DNA of 64,000 nt, taken from assembly GCA_045544955.1 (NCBI GenBank), contig JAZPZY010000029.1, positions 24,412 to 88,411 of the forward strand, read 5' to 3'. The DNA comes from Eubacteriales bacterium. Lineage in GTDB: Bacteria; Bacillota; Clostridia; Oscillospirales; CAG-272. The position numbers and the translations under genes were made by a program. Each line of letters opens with the position of its first letter. Position 1 is the stretch's first letter. Below the pieces are notes generated by a model. That model worked only from the letters and a program-made list of their open reading frames with translations, had not been told where the DNA came from and did no database searches. Below are positions 8,908 to 18,142 of this stretch, piece after piece.

Positions 8908-10788
8908 ATGATAAAACTGTTTTTGGAAAACAGCCATGAGGTTGCGGATGCACTGCGTGCCGTATCGGCGGCACTGGACATAACGTGCAGTGATGTGAAA
9001 AGCGGAGAGATCATCCTTTCCGCACGCCCATCCGGTAACGGAAGTACCGTGGTGCAGTTCAGTGAGGGGCATGCCTGCATTGCTTATGGGAACGGACTGC
9101 CGTCCTTTCTGCGCGCCCTTGCAAAACTGACGTACCGATACAAAAAGGGTGAGAAGTCGTTTGCATTTACCGAGACGCCCGTGTTCAGTAAGGTGGGCAC
9201 TATGCTGGATGTTTCCCGCAATGCAGTGATGAACGTGGCCTCCGTGAAGGAGATGCTCCTTCGTACCGCGCTTATGGGCATGAACACCTTTATGCTGTAT
9301 ACCGAGGATACCTATGAGGTGGAGGGGTATCCCTTCTTCGGCTATATGCGTGGCAGATACACAAAGGCGGAGCTCAGGGAGATGGATGCCTTCGCGTGTA
9401 CGCTGGGGGTGGAACTGATTCCGTGCATCCAGACCCTCGGCCATCTGGCTACCCATCTTTCCTGGCCGGAAGCGGGCGGATATAAGGATACGGCCAATGC
9501 CCTGCTGGTGGGCGAGGAGCAGACGTATACGCTTATTGACAAAATGCTTGATACGGTATCCGAATGCTTTACCACGCGCCGGGTGCATCTGGGGCTTGAC
9601 GAAACGAGAGATATCGGCACGGGCAAATATTTAGAGAAGAACGGCTACCGGGACCGCGCCGAGATTCTTTCGGAGCATATCGATCGGGTTACGGAGATGG
9701 CAAAGAACCGCGGACTTGCACCCATTATGTGGAGCGATATGTTTTTCCGCCTGGCAGGGCGGGGAATCCCGGGCTACCGCGACTACGATCTGCGCGTGGA
9801 GTTTGACGGCAAGAATATAAAAAAGCCCCCGGAGGGGATCACCCAGGTGTTCTGGGATTATTACCATGACAGTGAACGCTTCTATGCGGAAAACATTGAG
9901 AAGCACAGAAAGTACCTGGACTCCGATCCCATATTCGGCGGCGCCGTTTGGACGTTCAGCGGTCACGGGCCGCTTTATGCGCTTTCCCTTCAGAACACAC
10001 TGCCGGCACTGAACGCCGCCAAAGCGTGCGGAACCCGGGAGGTGCTGGCTACGGTGTGGCACAGCGGCTCGGAGGGAAGCCTGGTTCTGTCGCTTCCGGG
10101 ACTTGCCTGGTATGCAGACTACGCGTACACCGGGCAGTACGGGGAGGAATCGGTGGCTGAATGTTTCGGCGCGGCAGTGGGCGAGGATTACGCCTCCGTT
10201 CTTCTTTCCGAGCTTCCGGAGCATCCGGACGGCGGCAGATACAGCCTGTCCCGGGCACTTCTGTATAACGATCCGCTTCTGGGTATGGTAGACGCACATA
10301 TTGGCGAATTGGACATGATGGGGTATTACCGCACGGTGTCCGAAAAACTGGACGGAGTGACTATAGGCGGATTTCTTTCCCCTGCGTTTGATACCATCCG
10401 CGCCCTTTCCCGCCTGCTCGTACACAAGGCGGATTTCGGTAAGAGACTCACCGAGGCGTATCTTGCCGGTGATCGCGCGGCACTTTCTGCCCTTCAGAGC
10501 GAATGTGACGTGATTGCTGATCTTATCGACAAGCTGGCGGATGCCCATAAGGAATCCTGGATGAAATACAACAAGCCCTTCGGGTGGGAGATACACGATA
10601 TTCGCTACGGCGGACTGAAAGCGCGTATGCTCACCGCAAGGGATCGCATACGCGCCTATCTGGACGGCAGTATTGAGAGGATCGATGAGCTGTGCGAGGA
10701 GCGCCTGCGCATAACCGGCAAGTCCGGCTTTGATGGGATTTTCCTATCCCTCAAGTATCAGACCTACGCTACCCCCAACATTCTCTGA
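8908..10788 (+). CDS. GH20-like beta-N-acetylhexosaminidase family protein
   Basis: ATG at 8908 (in-frame TTG at 8902 directly after the upstream stop). TIM-barrel motifs GMNTFMLYTEDTY, LIPCIQTLGHL and the HLGLDE Asp-Glu pair resemble the GH20 catalytic core. No signal peptide. Confidence 0.65.
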   Translation: MIKLFLENSHEVADALRAVSAALDITCSDVKSGEIILSARPSGNGSTVVQFSEGHACIAYGNGLPSFLRALAKLTYRYKKGEKSFAFTETPVFSKVGTMLDVSRNAVMNVASVKEMLLRTALMGMNTFMLYTEDTYEVEGYPFFGYMRGRYTKAELREMDAFACTLGVELIPCIQTLGHLATHLSWPEAGGYKDTANALLVGEEQTYTLIDKMLDTVSECFTTRRVHLGLDETRDIGTGKYLEKNGYRDRAEILSEHIDRVTEMAKNRGLAPIMWSDMFFRLAGRGIPGYRDYDLRVEFDGKNIKKPPEGITQVFWDYYHDSERFYAENIEKHRKYLDSDPIFGGAVWTFSGHGPLYALSLQNTLPALNAAKACGTREVLATVWHSGSEGSLVLSLPGLAWYADYAYTGQYGEESVAECFGAAVGEDYASVLLSELPEHPDGGRYSLSRALLYNDPLLGMVDAHIGELDMMGYYRTVSEKLDGVTIGGFLSPAFDTIRALSRLLVHKADFGKRLTEAYLAGDRAALSALQSECDVIADLIDKLADAHKESWMKYNKPFGWEIHDIRYGGLKARMLTARDRIRAYLDGSIERIDELCEERLRITGKSGFDGIFLSLKYQTYATPNIL

Positions 10789-11580
10789 TCAGGCTTTTTT
10801 TCTGCGGTACTGAAGCGGCGTCATGCCTGTTTCACTCTTAAAGACGCGGCTGAAGTAGGAAACACTGCTGAAGCCGCAGCGCAAGCTTACCTCTGTCACC
10901 GTGATGCGCTCCTTTTCCAGCATCACCTTTGCCATGACGATGCGCGTCTTGAGCACGTATTCCATGACGCTCATTTTTGTTTCTGCCTTGAAACGACGGC
11001 AGAAATGGTATTTGCTCACGTGGATGGCGTGACAGATATCGTCTATGCCCATATCCTCAAATATGTGCTGGTTTATATATTCAATGGCGCGGCTCACAAG
11101 CCCCGACGCACTGGGCACGCTTTCCAGAGAATATTTGTCGGCAAGGGCGCAAAGCTTCAGGGCAAGCCCGCCGATCATGGCACAAGAGCGTCCGTTGGAT
11201 GCGTCACTTTCTGCGATCTCCTTCAGTGCCATATCAAAGCTGTCGTGCATATCCGCCGGGATAACGGCGTAAACGAATGCGCCTTCGCTGTATTTTTTGG
11301 CAATATCCCCGCCCACGGCATGCAGAAGTTCCTCCAGAACCGACTGTGGCACAAACAACTTCGTCCGCTCGTAGCAACGGGGATCGGCGGGCATGGTATA
11401 GTGATATTTCCCCGATCCGATAAAGCAGAGAACGCCCCGTCCGATGGGATAGGCATTTTCGCTGCATACGATGGAGCCGCCCTCGGAGTAGGTATACAGA
11501 AAGGTCGCCTTTTCCGTGGCATGCCAGATCTTGAACATGGCGTCACGGCCGTGCTCCCGGTATATGATCTCATAATCCAT
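10789..11580 (-). CDS. AraC-family transcriptional regulator (cupin + HTH)
   Basis: Start placed at MDYEIIY (ATG preceded by AGGAG). C-terminal AraC HTH (KYHFCRRFKAETKMSVMEYVLKTRI...SYFSRVFKSETGMTPLQYR). Its stop codon abuts the stop of the convergent GH20-like gene. Confidence 0.85.
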   Translation of the reverse strand: MDYEIIYREHGRDAMFKIWHATEKATFLYTYSEGGSIVCSENAYPIGRGVLCFIGSGKYHYTMPADPRCYERTKLFVPQSVLEELLHAVGGDIAKKYSEGAFVYAVIPADMHDSFDMALKEIAESDASNGRSCAMIGGLALKLCALADKYSLESVPSASGLVSRAIEYINQHIFEDMGIDDICHAIHVSKYHFCRRFKAETKMSVMEYVLKTRIVMAKVMLEKERITVTEVSLRCGFSSVSYFSRVFKSETGMTPLQYRRKKA

Positions 11581-11686
11581 TGGTGTGACTCCTGTTGCTG
11601 ATATGTTTGGGGTTATTATATCACATATGTGAAAAAAAAGCAACGTGAGTAAAAATATATAAAGAAACGTATCTGCTGGAGGTAAA

Positions 11687-13087
11687 ATGCTGTATTCAAG
11701 AGAAATCCCTGAAAAGAAACAAGTCGATCTTCTGGTGGCCGGCGGCGGCTTCGCCGGATTTGCGGCCGCCTACGCTGCGGCAAGAGAGGGACTTCACGTG
11801 CTGCTGATCGAGCGGAACTGCTGTCTCGGCGGCGTGGGCACGTCGGGACTGGTCACCGATATCCTCGGCGCAAAATATATAGACGGGGAGGGGAACGTCA
11901 CCCTCACCGCAGGGGATGTTTTTGAACAAATAGAGAAGCGCCTTCTGAAAAGAGGCGCGGCGGTGGATATCAAAGATGTGGATTTCAACCGGACGCCCCA
12001 CGGCTGGCTTCGGGGGCTTGCCCACGGACTGATCTTCGATAAGGAGGAGATGAAGCTTCTCCTTGAGGAAATGCTTTCGGAGGTTGGGGCAGAACTGCTG
12101 TACGCCACCGAGATCGTGGACGTTATAAAGTCGGGGGATACGGTTCAATCCGTCATCGTGCATAACAAGAACGGTCTTTGCGCCATCGGCGCAGACCGCT
12201 TCGTTGATGCTACCGGCGATGCCGATCTTGTCCGTCTCGCCGGATGCCCTGTGTTCAAGGGCGATGCGGACGGCGGACTTTCGGCGGCATCCCTTGAGAT
12301 GCAGGTGGAGAACGTGGATGATGCAGTCCTTACGGAATATATGGATCGGACCGGAGATCGCCGATTCAAAGCGATCATCGCAGAGCTTACCGAAAGGGGC
12401 GTGTGGCGCTTTCCGTACAACATATTCATATCGGTAAAGCTTGTCCGCGAAGGGACGTATATGATAAACACCATCCGGCAGGTGGGCGTTGACGGCTCTG
12501 ACGCGGAGCATCTCACCCGCGCCGTGCTGGACGGCAGACGGGAAAACTACGAGCTTTTTTCCATCATGCGGCAGTATTTCCCAGGTTTCTCAAAGGCATC
12601 GGTGCGTGAGATTGCGCCGAGCATAGGCATACGGGAAACGTACCGCATCGACAGCGAGTATATTCTCACCGTGGACGATCTCGCCTCCGGAAAGACGTTC
12701 AGCGACAGCGTGGCACTTTCCTCTTACGGATGGGATATGCCCCATCCGAAGGATCCGAATTTGCATCCTGCGGCGGATATTGCACGTCCCTCGCCGTATT
12801 CCCCGATTCCGTACAGATGTCTTTTGCCAAAAGGAGTGGATAATCTGATCACCGTGGGCCGGTGCATCGGTGCGGAGAGGGAAGTGCTGGGGCCTCTCCG
12901 GGTAATGGGAGCCGTGATTGCCATGGGTACCGCCGCCGGTATTGCGGCTGCCGTGGCTAAGGAGTACGGACGCCCGTTCCGGGACGTTCCCGTAAAGGAA
13001 CTCCGCCGCCGTATCACCGCCCGGGGCGGTATTACCTCGCCCGGTGAGGTAAAATATCTTTTCAAAGGAGTAAAGGAGAACCCATAA
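11687..13087 (+). CDS. FAD-dependent oxidoreductase (FAD_oxidored-like)
   Basis: N-terminal Rossmann dinucleotide motif DLLVAGGGFAGFAAAYAAAREG. 466 aa. Stop overlaps the next start (TAATG). Confidence 0.7.
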   Translation: MLYSREIPEKKQVDLLVAGGGFAGFAAAYAAAREGLHVLLIERNCCLGGVGTSGLVTDILGAKYIDGEGNVTLTAGDVFEQIEKRLLKRGAAVDIKDVDFNRTPHGWLRGLAHGLIFDKEEMKLLLEEMLSEVGAELLYATEIVDVIKSGDTVQSVIVHNKNGLCAIGADRFVDATGDADLVRLAGCPVFKGDADGGLSAASLEMQVENVDDAVLTEYMDRTGDRRFKAIIAELTERGVWRFPYNIFISVKLVREGTYMINTIRQVGVDGSDAEHLTRAVLDGRRENYELFSIMRQYFPGFSKASVREIAPSIGIRETYRIDSEYILTVDDLASGKTFSDSVALSSYGWDMPHPKDPNLHPAADIARPSPYSPIPYRCLLPKGVDNLITVGRCIGAEREVLGPLRVMGAVIAMGTAAGIAAAVAKEYGRPFRDVPVKELRRRITARGGITSPGEVKYLFKGVKENP

Positions 13088-14142
13088 TGGCAATAGAAAA
13101 ATTCACCGTCAGCAAAGACGACAGCATCTACGAAGCGTGGCCGGACGTGGTGCTGACGGCGGGAGGGAAACTTATCGCCGTGTTTACCGAATGCACCCGT
13201 CACAGTGATCGGGAAAACGCACGGATCGTGCTGGTGGAGAGCACCGACCGGGGGCGTACCTGGTCGGAGAAAAAATATCTTACCGAAATTTGCCCCGCGG
13301 ACAATTACTTCAACTGTGCCAGAATCACCAAACTTCCGGACGGCACGCTCGCCATCCTCTGTGATAAACTGACACGAAATCCCGACATCAAAGCCGAGTG
13401 CCAGTCCTCTGAGATTCACCTGTGGACGGCGGATCCGGAGGGGATCGAATGGCGTCACGAGGCGGCGTATCCCTTCTGCGGCATCGTGCCGGATAAACTT
13501 TTGGAACTTCCTTCCGGTCGGCGGATCATTGCCGCCCATTTCCTCAATGAAAAAACGGACAAGCTGGAGCAGTATCTGTGGTACAGTGATGACCACGGTA
13601 AAACCTGGTCAGACCGTGTTACCGTTGCCGCCTCGCCCGAGTACAATCTCTGCGAGGTGTCGCTTCTCCCCTGCGGTGAGAATACGCTGGTGGCTCTGCT
13701 GCGGGAAAATTCCGGCCTTGGCGAGGATATCCTCATGACCGTATCCCACGATGAGGGTGAGACCTGGTCGGAGATCGGCCACACGCCCATCTGCGGTGGA
13801 CACAGACCTACCTCCGGCCGGCTTTTGGACGGCAGGATCATGGTGACGTATCGGTTCGTCCCTTCCCATGGATTTCAGAACGCTTTCGCCGCCTTTATCA
13901 CGGAGAAGTCCCTTCTCTCGGGTGACCGCGGTGCAAAAATTCGTGTGATGCCACTGGACTACGACCGCAATCCCGTTTCCGATACGGGCTATACGGGCTG
14001 GGTACAGTTCGACGACGGCGAGATCTACGTGATAAACTATATCAAGGATGATGCCAAAAAGGCGTACATCCGGGGCTACAGCTTCCGTCCGGAGGACGTG
14101 GAATTTCCGAGGGATCGCTTCGGCGAGGATAACTATTTCTGA
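13087..14142 (+). CDS. BNR/Asp-box beta-propeller protein, sialidase (GH33)-like, cytoplasmic
   Basis: Three Asp-boxes SxDxGxTW: STDRGRTW, SDDHGKTW, SHDEGETW. 351 aa with no signal peptide. Confidence 0.75.
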   Translation: MAIEKFTVSKDDSIYEAWPDVVLTAGGKLIAVFTECTRHSDRENARIVLVESTDRGRTWSEKKYLTEICPADNYFNCARITKLPDGTLAILCDKLTRNPDIKAECQSSEIHLWTADPEGIEWRHEAAYPFCGIVPDKLLELPSGRRIIAAHFLNEKTDKLEQYLWYSDDHGKTWSDRVTVAASPEYNLCEVSLLPCGENTLVALLRENSGLGEDILMTVSHDEGETWSEIGHTPICGGHRPTSGRLLDGRIMVTYRFVPSHGFQNAFAAFITEKSLLSGDRGAKIRVMPLDYDRNPVSDTGYTGWVQFDDGEIYVINYIKDDAKKAYIRGYSFRPEDVEFPRDRFGEDNYF

Positions 14143-14175
14143 TTAAAAAATATTTCTATAAAGGTGGAACGTATT

Positions 14176-15045
14176 ATGAAAAACTTCAAAGGCATATTCA
14201 CGGCACTTCTGACTCCGTTTGATGCAACCGATGCGGTGAACGAAAAAGAACTCCGCCGGCTGATCGATTTTAATCTGGACATGGGCGTTAACGGATTTTA
14301 CGTTACGGGAAGCACGGGTGAGGCGTTTATGCTCACCACCGAGGAGCGTATGCGTGTGATGGAGATCGTCCGTGATGCGGCGCCTGCGTCTACGCTGATC
14401 GCCCACGTTGGCTCAGTGGACGAGCGTGCGGCAGTCAGACTCGCCGCCCATGCGGCACACCTTGGATATGATCTGGTATCCTCCGTATCGCCGTTCTATT
14501 ATAAGTTCTCCTTCCGTGAGATCAGAGAATATTACGAGCGCGTGGCGGACGCCGCAGGGATTCCCATGCTCGTGTATCACATTCCGGCTTTCTCCGGCGT
14601 CAATATGGGGGTGGGCGAGATGGATGCCTTCCTCTCCGATTCTCGGTTTATCGGTATAAAGTACACGTCCAACGACTTTTTTACCATGGAAAGCTGCAAG
14701 AGTCTGCATCCCGATAAGCTGATTTACAACGGCTACGACGAAATGCTTCTTGCCGGTCTTGCCATGGGTGCGGACGGAGCCATCGGCAGTACGTATAACT
14801 TCATGGCGGACAAATTTGTGAAGATCTACTCCTTGTTTGCCGAGAACAGGATCGACGAGGCAAGAGCCGTCCAGCAGGAGGCAAACCGCATTATCACCAT
14901 TCTTTGCGATTTGGGCGTTATGCAGGCAGAGAAGGAAGTCCTCTGCCAGCTTGGCTTTGATTTCGGCGAGTGCCGCCGTCCTTTCGGTGAACTGAACGAA
15001 GAACAAAAGGGAAGAATTGCCCGGGAGATCATACCGCATCTCTGA
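14176..15045 (+). CDS. nanA: N-acetylneuraminate lyase (DHDPS/NAL class I aldolase family)
   Basis: Start at MKNFKG (AAGGTGGA RBS). Colinear similarity to E. coli NanA from memory: LLTPFD, GSTGE, PFYYKFSF, VYHIPAFSGV, GIKYTS (Schiff-base Lys region), YNGYDE, GADGAIGSTYN, CRRPFG. Confidence 0.85.
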   Translation: MKNFKGIFTALLTPFDATDAVNEKELRRLIDFNLDMGVNGFYVTGSTGEAFMLTTEERMRVMEIVRDAAPASTLIAHVGSVDERAAVRLAAHAAHLGYDLVSSVSPFYYKFSFREIREYYERVADAAGIPMLVYHIPAFSGVNMGVGEMDAFLSDSRFIGIKYTSNDFFTMESCKSLHPDKLIYNGYDEMLLAGLAMGADGAIGSTYNFMADKFVKIYSLFAENRIDEARAVQQEANRIITILCDLGVMQAEKEVLCQLGFDFGECRRPFGELNEEQKGRIAREIIPHL

Positions 15046-15053
15046 GAAAGATG

Positions 15054-15073
15054 CCTGCCGTCGGGCAGTTTTT
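15054..15073 (+). terminator. Small terminator after nanA
   Basis: CCTGCC-GTCG-GGCAG followed by TTTTT. Confidence 0.5.
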
Positions 15074-15104
15074 CGACGTGTGCCGAGCGGATTTTACAAA
15101 AAAG

Positions 15105-15338
15105 TGCAAAGCGTCATCCATTCTGGTATTCTATCTTTTGTTCTTTTTGCTCATTGCTATTTGTAATATAAAAAGGCAATGTGCTTTCTTATAACAATGG
15201 TATAATCATCCGGAGGAGGCCTTATTTAGTACGGTTCCCATAAGTCATCTGTTTTATAGCACAGGATTTTTTTCATAACCTCAAAATGAGCCACAAGGGG
15301 CTGGTGCATTTCAGAATGCAACAGCCCCATATTTTTGC
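15105..15338 (-). pseudogene. Ghost copy of the BSH-family locus (3' end plus upstream terminator/promoter region, CDS deleted)
   Basis: 15105-15148 matches 5312-5355 (stop codon plus last ~11 codons, EKEQKIEYQNG) with one mismatch. About 15176-15338 matches about 6352-6510 (leader, promoter-like region and GGCTGTTGCA hairpin) at roughly 85 percent by eye. The ~1-kb CDS between them is absent. Confidence 0.75.
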
Positions 15339-15380
15339 GTCGTTTGCGCAAACATTTGAAATTTTGCAAAAATTTGCAGA

Positions 15381-15436
15381 CATCCTCCTTGTTTTCGTGA
15401 ATCACATCGTAAAAACGCCGCACTGCGGCTTTTTTT
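15381..15436. repeat. Repeat sub-element E3 with bidirectional terminator (GCCGC-ACT-GCGGC flanked by A5 and T7)
   Basis: CATCCTCCTTGTTTTCGTGAATCACATCGTAAAAACGCCGCACTGCGGC resembles 53163-53212 and 63763-63802 (CATGCTCCTTATTTTCGTGAATCGCTTCGTGAAAATGCCGCACCGCGGC). It is positioned to terminate eda on the - strand. Confidence 0.7.
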
Positions 15437-15488
15437 CGCACATCATTTGAAACGCATCATTCATTTACGTTGGCACGCCATCTTTGTA

Positions 15489-16139
15489 TCAGAATTGCGA
15501 AGTGAACAATTTTGCACGGCGTGTTATTTCTTCATAATTGCCTGCGAATATAGCCTTTTTATCAGCTATGGCAGTAGCAACACCGATTCCCTTTGCGCCT
15601 GCTTCAAGGTATTCCACCAAATTCTCATGGTTGACTCCACCGGTAGCTACGAACTTTATGTGTGAAAGCGGAACTGTAAGTGCCTTCAGATAAGAAATCC
15701 TGACTTCAGAATTTGGAAACAGCTTTACAAAATCAGCGCCATAACGATGCGCGTTTGCCGCCTCGCTGGGGGTAAATGCACCGGGGATCGACACCATACC
15801 AAGCTCACGCGTTTTCCTTATGACCGGCTCATAGCAATCGGGAGAAATAATAAATTCCGCTCCGGCCTTGTAAGCAAGTGCAAGCTGTGTTTCTGTCATA
15901 ACCGTTCCCGCACCGATTCTGACTTTGCCCTCAAAATTCTCTTTTAGCGCGCGGATATTTGCCGCAGTAACCTCGTCGCTCACGGTGCCTGATTGATCAA
16001 AGGTAACTTCAACCAGTTTGACCCCGCCTTTTTCCATTGCATCAACCGCACAGATCAACTGATCTGTCGTAAATCCGCGCATAATAACAATGATTTTATT
16101 TTTTTCAATATCTTTAATGATTTCTTCTCTGTTAAGCAT
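15489..16139 (-). CDS. eda: KDPG / 4-hydroxy-2-oxoglutarate aldolase
   Basis: 216 aa. Eda-family motifs VIMRG, VEVTF, GAGTV and FVKLFPN (Schiff-base Lys context). AT-richer than its surroundings. Confidence 0.8.
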   Translation of the reverse strand: MLNREEIIKDIEKNKIIVIMRGFTTDQLICAVDAMEKGGVKLVEVTFDQSGTVSDEVTAANIRALKENFEGKVRIGAGTVMTETQLALAYKAGAEFIISPDCYEPVIRKTRELGMVSIPGAFTPSEAANAHRYGADFVKLFPNSEVRISYLKALTVPLSHIKFVATGGVNHENLVEYLEAGAKGIGVATAIADKKAIFAGNYEEITRRAKLFTSQF

Positions 16140-16141
16140 TA

Positions 16142-16732
16142 TTATTCTCCCAAAATGATTTTTATTGTTTCTTTTAAGGAAAGCTTTACCGCTTCATCGC
16201 TTGCTGTATCAAAAATCATAAATCTGTCAACTGCTCCCGCATCCTCAAGCTCATACGGCGGAGCATAATTCGTTTTTTTGACGTAGGCTTCCCAGTTTTC
16301 AAGCTTCAGAATATCTCTGTCGGAGTTCCTTTTTTTCATTCTTTCATAGCAGAGTGATAATGGTGCCGTAACCCATATCATCAAAAGCTCGGCATCAAGA
16401 TCGTTTGCCTTGTCTTTAAGCGATCTCATATATTCTGTGCTGCGAACCTCTTTACCGAAAGGCGCACTCAAAATAACATGCCTCGCAAAGCGAAGCGTAG
16501 AAAAAGCGATAGTAAGAATGGTGGAATATTCGGCAGAGCGAAGATTATTAATATAAAACTCTCCGTCCATATCAATCTCTTTGCCGCAAACGGTGAATGA
16601 GGTGCGAAGCAGATCACAAAGATCATCTTTATCAAGGTAAACCACATTCTCAAGCGACTTTGCGATCAGCTCGGAAACGTACGTCTTTCCGCAAGCTGGC
16701 GGTGCAGCAACAAAGATCAATTTTTTCTTCAT
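16142..16732 (-). CDS. P-loop NTPase / small-molecule kinase-like ATP-binding protein
   Basis: Walker A-like AAPPACGKTYV near the N-terminus. About 196 aa. Start uncertain (ATG at 16732 or GTG at 16744, neither with an ideal RBS). Only 2 bp from eda, so probably co-transcribed. Confidence 0.55.
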   Translation of the reverse strand: MKKKLIFVAAPPACGKTYVSELIAKSLENVVYLDKDDLCDLLRTSFTVCGKEIDMDGEFYINNLRSAEYSTILTIAFSTLRFARHVILSAPFGKEVRSTEYMRSLKDKANDLDAELLMIWVTAPLSLCYERMKKRNSDRDILKLENWEAYVKKTNYAPPYELEDAGAVDRFMIFDTASDEAVKLSLKETIKIILGE

Positions 16733-16986
16733 AATAACGTGCACGGCCTTTCAAAAAATTCAATAATATGTCGTATAGTGCAGCATATCCGTTGTTGATC
16801 GTCAAGAAAAAACACGATTTATCCCTTTAGCGAAAGAGTGAGCGTTGTGTTACGCCCCGTTTCAAGGGGGATACGTTCTTTTTATTGGCAATTCAAATTC
16901 AAATCTCAATTTCACCGGCGTTTTATCTGATTATTTACAGAAAAGAGGCGGGGGCGCTTTGCGGCGGCTGTCTTTTTCGTCTGTGG

Positions 16987-17874
16987 TCACGCGTGTGTTT
17001 TTCTGTATTCGCCGGGGGTCATGCCGAATCGTTTTACAAAAGCCAGATGGTACCCGGCAAGTGAGGTGTAACCTACCGCATAGGCGATCTGCTCCACAGC
17101 CATGTTGGTATTCGTCAGTTTGCGAAGGGAGGTCTGCAGGCGGCGGTCCGCCAGCTTTTCCCGAAACCCGGTGCCGAATATTTCGTGCATGGTGCGGCTC
17201 AGCTGCCGTTCCGACAGTCCCAGTTCCCTCGCAAGATCTGCACCGGTAACCTGCTTTGTGAAGTTTTTATCGATCCAGTTTTCGATATAATTGTACCGGC
17301 TGTTTCGCTCGGTAGCGGGCGGCGGAGAAAAAGCCGCCACCGGTGTGGGAGAATCCGTAATCGCACGCAGAACGTTTATGAAAAGCTGCTGGATAAGAAG
17401 CGTAAGCTGGGTTTTGCCGGCGAGGGCGGTTTCAGTCAGCTCCCCGTATATTTTTCCCAAAAGCACAGGGACGTCCGATTCGTCCCGGAAAATGATCGGT
17501 GCGGTCAGTTTTTCCAGTGCCCCCTGAAAGGTTTCGTACAGCGGCTCTTCTTCCTTGTGTGCCTCACCGGAATGTGTACAGGAAAATCGCAGGTATACGA
17601 GTTTTTTCGGGTATCCATCCGAGTAGGCACAGTGATACACGCCCGGCGGTGTCATGCATGCCATGGACGAATTCATGCTGATGTCGCAATCGTCGTCGAA
17701 TACGATGTTGAACGGTGTATCCACGGACGAAACCAGTTCAAAATACGGATGGGTATGCAGATAGGGTACGTATCGCACACCCGGTTCACCCGGATGGGAA
17801 TTTACCACGATGCTCAGCTTCATATCTGTAAGCCGCACGTCCAGTGACACACGGAAGCCGTTTGCTTCTATCAT
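16987..17874 (-). CDS. AraC-family transcriptional regulator, divergent from module 1
   Basis: C-terminal AraC HTH (LSERQLSRTMHEIFGTGFREKLADRRL...GYHLAFVKRFGMTPGEYR). AAAGGAGAG RBS. Confidence 0.85.
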   Translation of the reverse strand: MIEANGFRVSLDVRLTDMKLSIVVNSHPGEPGVRYVPYLHTHPYFELVSSVDTPFNIVFDDDCDISMNSSMACMTPPGVYHCAYSDGYPKKLVYLRFSCTHSGEAHKEEEPLYETFQGALEKLTAPIIFRDESDVPVLLGKIYGELTETALAGKTQLTLLIQQLFINVLRAITDSPTPVAAFSPPPATERNSRYNYIENWIDKNFTKQVTGADLARELGLSERQLSRTMHEIFGTGFREKLADRRLQTSLRKLTNTNMAVEQIAYAVGYTSLAGYHLAFVKRFGMTPGEYRKTHA

Positions 17875-18142
17875 TCCACACTCTCTCCTTTCCCGAAAAA
17901 TGCAGCTGAAATGAGGCGATTCTCTGCTCTCATTGTATCATATTCTTGTCGGCTTGGCAAGGGGAAAATGCCATTCTCCTTAAAAAAATGAACATGCCTT
18001 AAAAAACCGGACAAAAGCCTTTGGAATATTGGCATGCGGCAGTATTTTTTTTGTAAAGAGGCGGTGATATAATGTAGGTAACAGCGGTACTGCTTTCGAT
18101 TATTGCACCGCCGAAACGTTTCTGAAAGGTGAACGAATACTT

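Noticed and set aside
10786-10791. Convergent GH20-like and AraC genes whose stop codons abut (TGA TCA) with no intergenic terminator.
   Set aside because: This is a real observation, but it is common in compact genomes. Nothing in the sequence suggests a special regulatory device beyond possible transcriptional interference.
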